Of a DNA stretch of 64,000 nucleotides, positions 28,453-37,794 are shown in pieces. Each line of letters begins with the position of its first letter. Position 1 is the stretch's first letter. The translations under genes and the position numbers were made by a program. Below the pieces are notes generated by a model. The model saw nothing but the letters and a program-made list of their open reading frames with translations. It was not told where the DNA came from and searched no databases. Source of the stretch: Candidatus Staskawiczbacteria bacterium (GTDB lineage: Bacteria > Patescibacteriota > Minisyncoccia > Minisyncoccales > Staskawiczbacteraceae); assembly GCA_903835075.1 (NCBI GenBank), contig CAILLM010000003.1:1002-65001 (forward strand), given 5' to 3'.

Positions 28453-29091
28453 TTATAATGTCAACATATGTCCGGTAATTATTTGGAAAATAAAGCTTGT
28501 AATGCTAAACCAAATACTTCCTCCAAACAAAATTAACAAAACCAATATCATAACTCCATATTGCCGTAAAAAGTTTTCCACATTTCTGGCACTAGCAGGT
28601 AGAAAACTAAATAAAATCCAAGAACCGTCTAGTGGAGGAATTGGAATAAGGTTAAAAACTGCCAACCAAATGTTTATCATAACAATATAGCTAAGTGCAA
28701 TTTCTATTCCTGGGTTAGCAGAAATAATTCCATAAGGAATAAACCGCAGAATTAACCCAAAAAATATTGCCAATGAAAAATTTGACAATGGACCTGCTAT
28801 GGAAACTTTTACTTCTCCATATTTTTTATCTCTAAAATTATAAGGGTTAATTGGTACTGGTTTTGCCCAACCAAACAAAAATGGGCTGTGTAAGATAAAT
28901 AAAAGCAATGGTAAAATAACCGAACCAAACGGGTCTAAATGCTTTAAAGGGTTTACTGTTAGCCTGCCTGCGTATTTTGCAGTTGGGTCACCCAACGAAT
29001 AAGCCACATAGCCGTGAGCTAATTCATGTATAATCACCGAAAAAAGAAAAACAACCAAAGATAAAATTGTAATAATTATTGTTGGATCCAT
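28453..29091 (-). CDS. Site-2 protease family (M50) zinc metalloprotease
   Basis: HELAHG motif and multiple TM segments. Start set at ATG 29091 (MDPTIII), which abuts a conserved leader motif; the track ORF extends to 29151. Confidence 0.8.
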   Translation of the reverse strand: MDPTIIITILSLVVFLFSVIIHELAHGYVAYSLGDPTAKYAGRLTVNPLKHLDPFGSVILPLLLFILHSPFLFGWAKPVPINPYNFRDKKYGEVKVSIAGPLSNFSLAIFFGLILRFIPYGIISANPGIEIALSYIVMINIWLAVFNLIPIPPLDGSWILFSFLPASARNVENFLRQYGVMILVLLILFGGSIWFSITSFIFQIITGHMLTL

Positions 29092-29116
29092 AAGTTTACG
29101 TAGCGTAGCGATATAT
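29092..29116. repeat. 25-bp leader motif AAGTTTACGTAGCGTAGCGATATAT abutting a start codon
   Basis: Identical 25-mer at 63432-63456, also abutting an ATG; partial copies at 5006-5020 and 14050-14063. Confidence 0.8.
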
Positions 29117-29201
29117 TTTTTTATAATACACCATATTCTCAATACTTGCAAAATATATTATATAATGGTAAGATAATTCTATAAAAAGATAAATAAAACT
29201 T

Positions 29202-29390
29202 ATGGCAGAAAAAACATGTACAATTTGTAGTAAAAAATCCTCAATGAAAACAGTTTTGGTTAAATTAAGAGGAAAATATAATCCAACAACAAAAGTTAGA
29301 ACAAAACCAAATCTTCAATGGATGCGAACATCAGCTGGCAAAAGAATTTTAGCTTGCACTAAATGCATCAAGCGCTCAACTAAAATATAA
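29202..29390 (+). CDS. rpmB: 50S ribosomal protein L28
   Basis: 62 aa; CTICSKK...KPNLQW...ACTKCIK fits the L28 pattern with Cys pairs. Confidence 0.75.
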   Translation: MAEKTCTICSKKSSMKTVLVKLRGKYNPTTKVRTKPNLQWMRTSAGKRILACTKCIKRSTKI

Positions 29391-29444
29391 TACGTTTTAA
29401 AAAATAAAAAGCGGCCTTCTGGTCGTTTTTTTGTTGTGAAATTT

Positions 29445-29515
29445 GTCGGGATACTGAGATTTGAACTCAGACTAAATCCACCCCATGGACTCGTGCTACC
29501 GTTACACTATATCCC
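29445..29515 (-). tRNA. tRNA-Pro (anticodon GGG)
   Basis: Hand-folded 71 nt cloverleaf: acceptor CGGGATA/TATCCCG, D stem GTGT/GCAC, anticodon stem AGTCC/GGATT with loop AT-GGG-GT, T arm CTGAG-TTCAAAT-CTCAG, discriminator A, no encoded CCA. Confidence 0.85.
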
Positions 29516-29555
29516 GAAATATTTTATTTTATATTATAACAATATTGTTCTAATA

Positions 29556-29584
29556 TTGACAACTAAATCTGAAAGACGTAGTAT
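29556..29584 (+). promoter_or_regulatory. Sigma70-like promoter for the PEP-CTERM gene
   Basis: TTGACA (29556-29561), 17 nt spacer, TAGTAT (29579-29584). Confidence 0.5.
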
Positions 29585-29655
29585 GTAGTTGATAAAACAT
29601 TTTCTTTGAAAATTAGTCAACCATACCAACCAAACCATCCACGCCAATCAAACCA

Positions 29656-30399
29656 ATGAAACCTCGCATCGCATTCTTTTCGGCGATAATCGCCATGCTT
29701 ATTTCTTTGGCTAGCGCCGCAAGCGTTGTGCTTTCTGGGGTGCCCGCGTATCTAGAACCAAAGGGGTGTGCATCCTCTGCAATTCTTTCCATCCTCGGAT
29801 ACTACGACTTCAGATACGGTGCCACTGGACTGCTTCCAGGCATTGCCGTGGCCGACATCTATTTGACCAGTAATGTCACCGTACCACTTCAAAACATTGC
29901 ACTGGCCTGTAATACTGACGTCTCGGGCAACACAGATACGGGCAACATCGGCCCAGGCCTAGTAAATTATGCAGCCACGGTTGGATATAATTTCCAGGTC
30001 AGCATGTCTGGTAATGTTGTGCCTAGTAACCCCCATGGAAGCCAAATATCGGTAACTACTGCCTATGACATGGTTGCAACGGCTATTACCAATAATCAAC
30101 CAGTCTTACTACGAGTTGACTCAAATGCCGATGGCGTAGCAGACCATCTTGTTCCTGTGTTTGGTTATGACCCTAATTACCAAGAACTAGGCAAATCTTT
30201 CGCCTTCTACACCGGTAATAATGAATCGGAAACCGTCATTTCTTGGTTGCCATTCCAAGCCATTAGCGTTGGTGTAAGCTACGGGGTATCAAATGTGGCT
30301 ATCGTTATTCCCCCCACCTTCGTGCCCGAACCCTCGTCAGCTATTATCGTTCTCTTTCTTGGTACGTTGATGGCTTTTCGTCATAAACGCACCGCCTAA
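29656..30399 (+). CDS. Secreted papain-like (peptidase C39-like) protein with a C-terminal PEP-CTERM sorting signal
   Basis: 247 aa; signal peptide. Candidate catalytic Cys in KGCASSAILSILGYY and His in DHLVPVFGYD. C-terminus VPEPSSAIIVLFLGTLMAFRHKRTA is PEP, TM, basic. G+C clearly above the surroundings. Confidence 0.7.
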   Translation: MKPRIAFFSAIIAMLISLASAASVVLSGVPAYLEPKGCASSAILSILGYYDFRYGATGLLPGIAVADIYLTSNVTVPLQNIALACNTDVSGNTDTGNIGPGLVNYAATVGYNFQVSMSGNVVPSNPHGSQISVTTAYDMVATAITNNQPVLLRVDSNADGVADHLVPVFGYDPNYQELGKSFAFYTGNNESETVISWLPFQAISVGVSYGVSNVAIVIPPTFVPEPSSAIIVLFLGTLMAFRHKRTA

Positions 30400-30421
30400 A
30401 TGCCCTCAGGCAAGCAATCTT

Positions 30422-30457
30422 TCCCGAACTTACCACTATTTGTTCGGGACTTTTTTT
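30422..30457 (+). terminator. Rho-independent terminator after the PEP-CTERM gene
   Basis: TCCCGAAC ... GTTCGGGA stem followed by C and 7 T. Confidence 0.7.
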
Positions 30458-30519
30458 ACATAGAAACTAATAACCCTATAACTCCTGATTTCTAAAACTA
30501 AAAATCAAAAGCTATAGGG

Positions 30520-30885
30520 TTATTTGGCCGTCTTTTTTATCAAAACTTCAAGTAAATTTTTAGTTTGAGCAGTAGCATCATCTTTAGTTTGAGCAGTAGT
30601 AAATCCTTCCCAGCACTTGAATATTTCCTTATCATTAAGAGCCCTTACTGCAGTTTCCAAAGAAAGTCTTGTCTCAAAATCAACTTCTTTTCCTGAAAGC
30701 AAAACATTTTGCTCAAACATATTTCTAAAGTCTACAACCTTTTGATTTACTTGATGCTGTGAATATGCCTGGTTATTTTTTGCTATAGTGCACACCAAAA
30801 AAATGTTAAGTGCAATAGAAAAAGCAGCTAGAAATGACAATGCAATAATAAAGAACGTTGTTTTTTTTATTGTAATTATATTCAT
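30520..30885 (-). CDS. Small N-terminally anchored membrane protein, last gene of the surface cluster
   Basis: 121 aa; TM FFIIALSFLAAFSIALNIFLV; 20 nt downstream of the giant gene. Confidence 0.55.
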   Translation of the reverse strand: MNIITIKKTTFFIIALSFLAAFSIALNIFLVCTIAKNNQAYSQHQVNQKVVDFRNMFEQNVLLSGKEVDFETRLSLETAVRALNDKEIFKCWEGFTTAQTKDDATAQTKNLLEVLIKKTAK

Positions 30886-30905
30886 AAATATTATTTAATA
30901 TTATT

Positions 30906-33900
30906 TTATTTTCGACCTTTTTTTACAATTATTAAAACCACCATTACGCTCAACAGAATAACTATCACCAAGAAAACTATCATTATTTTCAAATTCCAAC
31001 TAAACCATGCAGGAAGAATGCTCTTTTTTTGTAATTCAACATCCATGTGGATCCCATTTCCACTTTGCACAACAAACGAACTGCTCTTATACTGGTAATA
31101 ATTTGGGGTATCAATGGTTAAGTAGTAAGTACCTTGAGGCACCAAGAAAGAGTATTTCCCTGTTTCATCTGTCACAATAGGATTTTTTTGCAAAAACTTC
31201 TCAGCTGGCCATAATTCATATTTATTTGTGCTTATATTGAGCTGATAAATAGAAACTGTTGCGTTTGGAACACGGGCTTGCATGCCAGAAATATTTTGGT
31301 AAATATATCCTTCGGGGTCAACAACCATTGTAAGGTGAGTTGTGGTAGGAACAGTTTTTTGATCTTTGTATTCTATAATAGTAATAACGTCATATTGCCC
31401 AGAAACAACGGGTGCATTAAACTCTACCTTAAATAACCCTGGCTTAACCTCCTGATAATCTGACTTTTGAATAAGCACGCCATCTGTTGGAACATTTTCT
31501 GATGTGGCAACAGCATTAGAAGCAGACAACGCTGCCCCAAAATAACCTGCCGAAAAACTGCTATTTTTCAACACCTGTGCACTTTGTGGGCTCTTTAACG
31601 TTATAATCTGTGTAACTCTGCTAGCAGGCTGTTCGGGCTTTATTACTAATTGCATTTGTATACCCGAGACTGTTGAAACCACTTGGCTTGCACCGCCCTG
31701 TTTATCTATTGAAAGGGCAGAAACAAAATCAATTAATCCTTGGGAAGCACTAGCAAAAACAACGTTACTTGGAATTTTAGCAAGTTTTGCAGGGGTAAGT
31801 TGTTCTACTGGTATTGCTTGATTTTGGGCAAGCGGGCTTAGTTGTAAAATTTCTGAAGGGGTAAATAATGTTTTGGTCAAACCAGGCAAATACAATTCTG
31901 TTTGAGCTAATTTGCTTATATCAGCAGGTTTTTTAATGTCTATTGATAAACTTTCAAGCGCTTTTTTAAGTTGAGGAATTTTATTTGAGAAAAATCTTAT
32001 GTCTGATGCAATTGGAGTTAATTCAAAGCCAGCAAGCGGGTTAACACTCATAAAATCTAAACCCTGAAGCGCAAGCGGAGTTGTTTTTGGAATTGCAACC
32101 TCTTTTTTGTTTGAAACAAAATTGCTAATTTCTTTGGCTACATTACTAATTTGTTTTACCACTGCTTCGGGAATATTTTGCAATTGCTGAATTATTGGGT
32201 TTTTTGAAATAACTGAAACAATGGTTGTCCCGCCAGGTGGTACTGGGCCACCTCCACAATTTACGCAATCAGAAGGACAAGTACCACAAGATTCATTTCC
32301 ATTACAAATTCCATCACCACAAGTTACTGCTGGAGGCGTTATTATTGCTGTTGCTGAACAATTAACGGTATCGCCACCATTTGACCCAGCGCAAGACCAT
32401 GCCCAAGGGCCAGTTCCAGATACGGTTGTAGGCGTTCCAGTTATACATAAGCCACCAGTTGGCGCCAAAACAAAACTTACACCATCAGACAAACCACATA
32501 CACCGTTAATTGGAACTTGTACGTCTTCGCCTCCACCATTTGTACCATTTGTGACAGTATTGCAACTAGCGTCTGTTCCACCGTTAGGACTTGTGCAACC
32601 CCATGACCATGGGCCAATGCCAGAAACTGTTGTTGGCGAGCCCTGCAAGCAAAGATTTTCTGTAGGAATAGTAGAAGGACTTTGGCCATCAGCCGAGCCA
32701 CACACACCATCGACTAAACCCGTAACATGATTACTACAAACTCCATCTATACATTGCAATTGCCCGTCGCAATCATTAATACTACCGCACTCAGCCCCTT
32801 CTGCACCATTAGTACACTTATTTATTGTGCTACACCAATTTGATAAACATTGTGAATCTGAAATGCAATACCCCCCATTTCCCATCAAGGTTGGTGATGT
32901 ACACTGATTTGTGTCCCAAGTTTGTCCGCTTGGGCAAGTAATTGTTCCACCATTATTAGATACTATTCCATTAATTATAAGCCCACCACTTAAATCAAGC
33001 GTTGCGTTGCTTTCCACCGTTACATCTCCATTTAGAGTGCCCGAGCCATTAACTGTGCCACCGGCAATATAAAAACCGATTCCTCCATCAATGTTGGTAA
33101 TTGTTGCTGGGCCGTTAATGGTTATGCTAGCGGTATATGCATCCGAACCATTATAAATACCATACCCACTGCTATTATTGTTTACAGTTCCACTAATGCT
33201 ATTAATGGATGACAAGTATCCATTAACTATTCCAGAACCCCAACTATTATTGTCAACAACTCCGCTGATATTATCAATTATGGCGTTATTCTCGTTCCTA
33301 ATTCCTTCATAACCGGAATTGTTAGTAATTATTCCGCTTATATCAGTAATGGTGCCGTAGTTAGTAATGCCAGTTCCTCCACCATTAGTCATAGTTCCAC
33401 TAATATCGCCGATAATACCTTCGTTCCAGAGCCCACTAAAGTAGGTATTATTAATCGTCGCGCTGATATTGGTTATTGCCGCACCAGGTGCAACGTAAAC
33501 CCCCATACTGCCAGCACCAGTACTATCAATTGTAATGTTTTGTATGGTAGCCTCTGCTCCGTAGGAAATATAAATTCCACTTTCTCCTGGAGTACTGCCA
33601 GAATTTTCAATAGAGTAAGTGTTTCTTCCATCTATAATTACACCAGTTACACCCGTGTCAACAGTAATGCAATTCCCGCTAGATGCCGTAAGGCTCTGCG
33701 TTAAATTATATGTTCCGCTTGAAACTATTGTTCCGCAAGAATCTACATTTATAGAACCGCCTTGTGCATCAAAACTTGGTAAAGAACAATAACCATCTAC
33801 ACAACTACCACTCACACAATCGCTGGGATCACCACACCCTGAGCCCGCAACCCCCTTGGATTCGCTACAAGCATTGCTTACACAGTAAGGATAATTATTG

Positions 33901-36900
33901 CCATCGCAATCCGAATAATAAAGGCAATATGCGCTATCACCACCACAAACACCGTTTATCCCACAACTAAACTGCCCATTACAACCATTATTAGCCCAAC
34001 AATCTTGCCCTGCATTGCCAGACGTGCAATAACCGTATGGGCTACATTGACCAGAAATACAGGTTTCATTAAGGTTACAACTGTCTCCGTCAGAAATAAG
34101 TGCTTGACAGAAACCTCCATTCCAGTATTTACCAGATCCGCAAATTACTGTTCCATTGTTACTGAATGATGATGAAAAACTCGGTGGACCATAGCTTACA
34201 CCGGTCATATCAATTGTTCCATAATTATATACAGAGCTTTGGTATAAACCACCATAAATGTAGTTATAATTTGCATCAACAGTTACTGTGCTATAAAAAT
34301 TTCCTGCATGGATTTCACCCATGCTAAGCTCTACTGGAGAATAGAAATATCCACCTGAAATCATTGCACCCGAGTTTAATACAACCGGAACATTAAATGT
34401 TCCTCCAGACACGTTTGTACCTTGGAAAGAAAGTGACCCGTTGCCATCAATTTGCCATGCGCCAGACCCAAAATTATATCCATAAGGAACCGTCACATAA
34501 GCGTTACCAAGGTGCACCGTTGAGCCATCAGGAGGAACTATATGGTTATCCCAATTTAATTGATCATCCCAATAAGTGCCGTTTCCCTGCCCAGTCCAAG
34601 TGAAAGAAGATGGCATACAGACACTATTTACGCAAGCTAAAAATCCTTCACACTCTGTGCTCGTGTTGCACGTTGCCCCCATTCCTCCGCAGGTATTATA
34701 AGGGGCGCCTGGGTCACGGTATGCAGAACAATTATTATTAGCACAATACATTCCGCTGTTATAGCCACCAGGACATGAAGCACCTACACCTCCACAAATA
34801 GTTTGACATTCACCACCCAAACCACCATCATAAGCATTTGTAGCACACTGAATACTTGTCGTACAACTTGCGCCATTATTTAAAAGTTGAGAACACTGGC
34901 TTCCGTCAAAATACTGACCATAATCACAAGAAGACACCGTACACTGATTTGTATTCCAAGACTTGCCACTTGGGCAAAGGTAGCCCCCACTATAATCTGT
35001 GACTGTTGCGCCAAGCATGTCTGGTGGACCATAACTTGTCCCGATTGCATCAATTGTTCCATAGTTATCTACGGTGCTGGTATAAGTTCCACCATAAATA
35101 TATGCACCAACTTCATTCAATACACTTACCGGGTACATACCATATTGGATTACGCCATAATTGTCTATTCCAATTCCGCCACCCGTGTTTGTCAGGGCTC
35201 CACTGATGTTTGCAATGGTGCCCATGTTGTTAATACCAAAACCAGCACCATTATTGTTAAAAGTCCCGCTGATATCGGTGATTATTCCGCCATTATTTTC
35301 TATGCCAGAAGCACCGTCGCTATTATTATCATTAACTACTCCACTAATATTGGTGATTGTTCCATAATTTAAAATCCCTGCACCAGAAGTACTAATTGTG
35401 AAAGTTCCGGTAATATCAGTTATAGTGCCATTATTAACAATTCCATACCCACTTGTATTATTGATTGTTACATTATCCAAAACAACTCCTCCGAAGTTGT
35501 CGTTTTTATTTGTATAACCATAAGGAATAACTGGACTATTTAGTGAATTTGAATCAATCATAATACTTGCACCCTCTGGTGGCAAGCCCAACGTCCCTCC
35601 TTCCGCCCAATTTTGGGAATCTGTCCAATTATCGCTGTTTCCGCCAACCCAGTGGAAAGTTGGAGCTGCTGCAGGGCATTGTTTTGCGTTCGGGTCCCAT
35701 GTCCCATTGTCAGGACAAATAATTGTCCCACTATTATTTACCGTAGCACCAGTTAAATCTGGCGGAGTCCCATCTGTATAGTCTATAGTTCCGTAGTTCG
35801 TTACAGTTCCTGCAAATGTACCACCTGTTATTGTGCCGCTATTTAGCACTAGAAAAGTAAAATTTCCACCGGTTATTGTACCACCATTTCCGCTATTTCC
35901 AACTGGTCCGTTAAATGTTCCACCAGTTATTGTACCACCATTACTGATATAATAACCACCGTTAAATGTTCCACCATTTATTGAAAAACTATTATTAAAA
36001 ATCATGATTGCCGACCCGCTATCCATGGTTACAGTACCCATGTTCATAGATCCACTAAAATTTATTACGGGATCAGCCATATTGCCAGTATCTGGAATAT
36101 AAATATCTGAACCATCTGGTGGCACAGCACCATCTTGCCAGTTAGCATCGGTGTTCCAGTCTCCGCCGTTATTCCCGCCAACCCAATAATAAATTGGGTC
36201 AACAATGTAATCAAAATCAACACTACCCGTAACCTTCAAATCAAATTTGTCAGTTGGTGTTTGTAGGTTTGTTAAAAAAACTTTATAGGTGTTGGCAGTT
36301 GTAATGCTATCAAAAGTAGCAACAATTGAGCCTTCTGTTGTATTACCATCTGCATCTGTATAAACCGGATAAACTTCTATTTTTGCAGGGCTATTTAGAT
36401 TTGTAGCCCTTGCATAAATAGTGTTATCATTTTTATTGTTTAGTGGGCTATCAAAAGTTACCCTAACAGATTGTCCGTTAGTTATTGTGGTGTAATTATT
36501 ATCTTGAGTTTTAACTGTGTCATAAATATCAGCTAAAATTGATTGGTCTGTATCAAGCTGAAATGCCTTAGAAATAAAAATGATATTAAAAATTTGTTCG
36601 GACAAATGGGGGACCGTCCATTCAACGTAATCTAAATAACCATCACTATTTGTGTCATAAGCGCTAAATACTACTTCTTGATTGCCTTGATTTTCCCATT
36701 TAATTTTAATTTTATCTTCTTGTCCTACCTTAAATATTTTTGGAATTTTTGTAGAAGCTAAAATATCCGTAAGCGGAGCTTGCGGATCTTCATTAGTGGC
36801 AGAAACTGTTACTTGTTGACCGGTGTTGGTAGTCTCTGAAACAATTTGTGGAGCAGGGGTATCATATTCAACAGCTATGTAGTCTGACAATGGCTCAGCT

Positions 36901-37697
36901 GGCAATGTTGGAGAAACTTCAGGGGTTGGCGCATCTGAATTTCGTTGTGAAGTAGCTTCAGTTGAGGATGGAGTTTCTATTGAAGTTGTTGGGACATCGG
37001 GTGTTACCGGCGAATCTTGAGTTTGTGCAACTTCAGAAGTTACTGGTGCTGTCGTCTGGCTACCGTCAGAAAGATTAACATATGTAGCATCTAAAGTAGA
37101 AATTGTACCTTGCCCAGCAGAACCATCAACAATTGATTGGACTACATCTGCCACGGGTGCTATATTTGCCACAGCATCACCTAAATCAGCAAACATATAT
37201 TTAAACGCACCTCCAATACTAGCCAAAGCAGTACTACATCCTTTTACAAAAACATTTTTAGAAATTTTCAATGGAGTTGCAGATAACTGCTGTTTCTGAA
37301 CCAATGATAGTTGTTGGGCTGTTTTCCTTGTAGATATATTTTTTGCTTGCTCTGCACTTACCGTTGTTAGCCTTATGTTTTGTGCCCCTCGTGGCAACTG
37401 CGCCAAAAATTTACCACTTATAATTTGACTTTTAGGAATCAATGTCACCCACTTAGCTGGTTGGCCGGCAACAATTTGTTCTTGTTTTATAGTAGAACCT
37501 TTTACAACCTTATTTGCAGGTATTTTTGGAAACAAAATAGCAGAACTAACCCCCAAAACTAAAAACAAAAATACAACTGAAACGCAAGACCAAATAATTA
37601 TATTTTTCTTTCTTTGTTTTTTTGCCAATTTTTTTCCTTCGTATGCGACAATAAGCTCTGGTGGAAAAACTATTTTTTTCTCTTTAGCGCCTGCCAT
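30906..37697 (-). CDS. Giant surface protein (2263 aa) built from six modules
   Basis: Continuous ORF. Modules: N-terminal TM anchor, shared stalk module, Gly/Asn-rich beta-helix-like repeats, Cys-rich knots, CarboxypepD_reg-like domain, C-terminal TM. N-terminal ~500 aa is paralogous to 41147-46126; C-terminal ~470 aa is paralogous to 37795-39138. Confidence 0.85.
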   Translation of the reverse strand: MAGAKEKKIVFPPELIVAYEGKKLAKKQRKKNIIIWSCVSVVFLFLVLGVSSAILFPKIPANKVVKGSTIKQEQIVAGQPAKWVTLIPKSQIISGKFLAQLPRGAQNIRLTTVSAEQAKNISTRKTAQQLSLVQKQQLSATPLKISKNVFVKGCSTALASIGGAFKYMFADLGDAVANIAPVADVVQSIVDGSAGQGTISTLDATYVNLSDGSQTTAPVTSEVAQTQDSPVTPDVPTTSIETPSSTEATSQRNSDAPTPEVSPTLPAEPLSDYIAVEYDTPAPQIVSETTNTGQQVTVSATNEDPQAPLTDILASTKIPKIFKVGQEDKIKIKWENQGNQEVVFSAYDTNSDGYLDYVEWTVPHLSEQIFNIIFISKAFQLDTDQSILADIYDTVKTQDNNYTTITNGQSVRVTFDSPLNNKNDNTIYARATNLNSPAKIEVYPVYTDADGNTTEGSIVATFDSITTANTYKVFLTNLQTPTDKFDLKVTGSVDFDYIVDPIYYWVGGNNGGDWNTDANWQDGAVPPDGSDIYIPDTGNMADPVINFSGSMNMGTVTMDSGSAIMIFNNSFSINGGTFNGGYYISNGGTITGGTFNGPVGNSGNGGTITGGNFTFLVLNSGTITGGTFAGTVTNYGTIDYTDGTPPDLTGATVNNSGTIICPDNGTWDPNAKQCPAAAPTFHWVGGNSDNWTDSQNWAEGGTLGLPPEGASIMIDSNSLNSPVIPYGYTNKNDNFGGVVLDNVTINNTSGYGIVNNGTITDITGTFTISTSGAGILNYGTITNISGVVNDNNSDGASGIENNGGIITDISGTFNNNGAGFGINNMGTIANISGALTNTGGGIGIDNYGVIQYGMYPVSVLNEVGAYIYGGTYTSTVDNYGTIDAIGTSYGPPDMLGATVTDYSGGYLCPSGKSWNTNQCTVSSCDYGQYFDGSQCSQLLNNGASCTTSIQCATNAYDGGLGGECQTICGGVGASCPGGYNSGMYCANNNCSAYRDPGAPYNTCGGMGATCNTSTECEGFLACVNSVCMPSSFTWTGQGNGTYWDDQLNWDNHIVPPDGSTVHLGNAYVTVPYGYNFGSGAWQIDGNGSLSFQGTNVSGGTFNVPVVLNSGAMISGGYFYSPVELSMGEIHAGNFYSTVTVDANYNYIYGGLYQSSVYNYGTIDMTGVSYGPPSFSSSFSNNGTVICGSGKYWNGGFCQALISDGDSCNLNETCISGQCSPYGYCTSGNAGQDCWANNGCNGQFSCGINGVCGGDSAYCLYYSDCDGNNYPYCVSNACSESKGVAGSGCGDPSDCVSGSCVDGYCSLPSFDAQGGSINVDSCGTIVSSGTYNLTQSLTASSGNCITVDTGVTGVIIDGRNTYSIENSGSTPGESGIYISYGAEATIQNITIDSTGAGSMGVYVAPGAAITNISATINNTYFSGLWNEGIIGDISGTMTNGGGTGITNYGTITDISGIITNNSGYEGIRNENNAIIDNISGVVDNNSWGSGIVNGYLSSINSISGTVNNNSSGYGIYNGSDAYTASITINGPATITNIDGGIGFYIAGGTVNGSGTLNGDVTVESNATLDLSGGLIINGIVSNNGGTITCPSGQTWDTNQCTSPTLMGNGGYCISDSQCLSNWCSTINKCTNGAEGAECGSINDCDGQLQCIDGVCSNHVTGLVDGVCGSADGQSPSTIPTENLCLQGSPTTVSGIGPWSWGCTSPNGGTDASCNTVTNGTNGGGEDVQVPINGVCGLSDGVSFVLAPTGGLCITGTPTTVSGTGPWAWSCAGSNGGDTVNCSATAIITPPAVTCGDGICNGNESCGTCPSDCVNCGGGPVPPGGTTIVSVISKNPIIQQLQNIPEAVVKQISNVAKEISNFVSNKKEVAIPKTTPLALQGLDFMSVNPLAGFELTPIASDIRFFSNKIPQLKKALESLSIDIKKPADISKLAQTELYLPGLTKTLFTPSEILQLSPLAQNQAIPVEQLTPAKLAKIPSNVVFASASQGLIDFVSALSIDKQGGASQVVSTVSGIQMQLVIKPEQPASRVTQIITLKSPQSAQVLKNSSFSAGYFGAALSASNAVATSENVPTDGVLIQKSDYQEVKPGLFKVEFNAPVVSGQYDVITIIEYKDQKTVPTTTHLTMVVDPEGYIYQNISGMQARVPNATVSIYQLNISTNKYELWPAEKFLQKNPIVTDETGKYSFLVPQGTYYLTIDTPNYYQYKSSSFVVQSGNGIHMDVELQKKSILPAWFSWNLKIMIVFLVIVILLSVMVVLIIVKKGRK

Positions 37698-37794
37698 AAA
37701 TTAGAGAGTTTTTTAAAAAATGTATGCGTTAGTATATTATATAATAATTTCTAGACAACAACAATGCACAAAAAAATGCTAAAACTGTGGATAA

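Noticed and set aside
28975-28990. CCTGCCTGCG-like string inside the S2P protease gene as another palindrome insert
   Set aside because: It is only a half-site. It encodes the conserved ..YAGRLT.NP.. segment typical of this protease family, so it is native sequence rather than an insertion.
29445-30520. Integrative element or prophage remnant at tRNA-Pro
   Set aside because: No integrase or recombinase is present, and I could see no direct repeat of the tRNA 3' end. The GC-rich gene lies on the 5' side of the tRNA. Only compositional and orientation evidence for foreign origin remains, and that is reported as a finding.
32221-35372. ORFs on the opposite strand or in other frames inside the 2263-aa gene (32221-32730, 32477-32710, 33764-33970, 34397-34603, 34880-35062, 34887-35372, 35006-35206, 35161-35367)
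   Set aside because: They lie wholly inside one long uninterrupted ORF with clear modular homology to neighbours. Repetitive Gly/Asn/Thr codons leave alternative frames open by chance.
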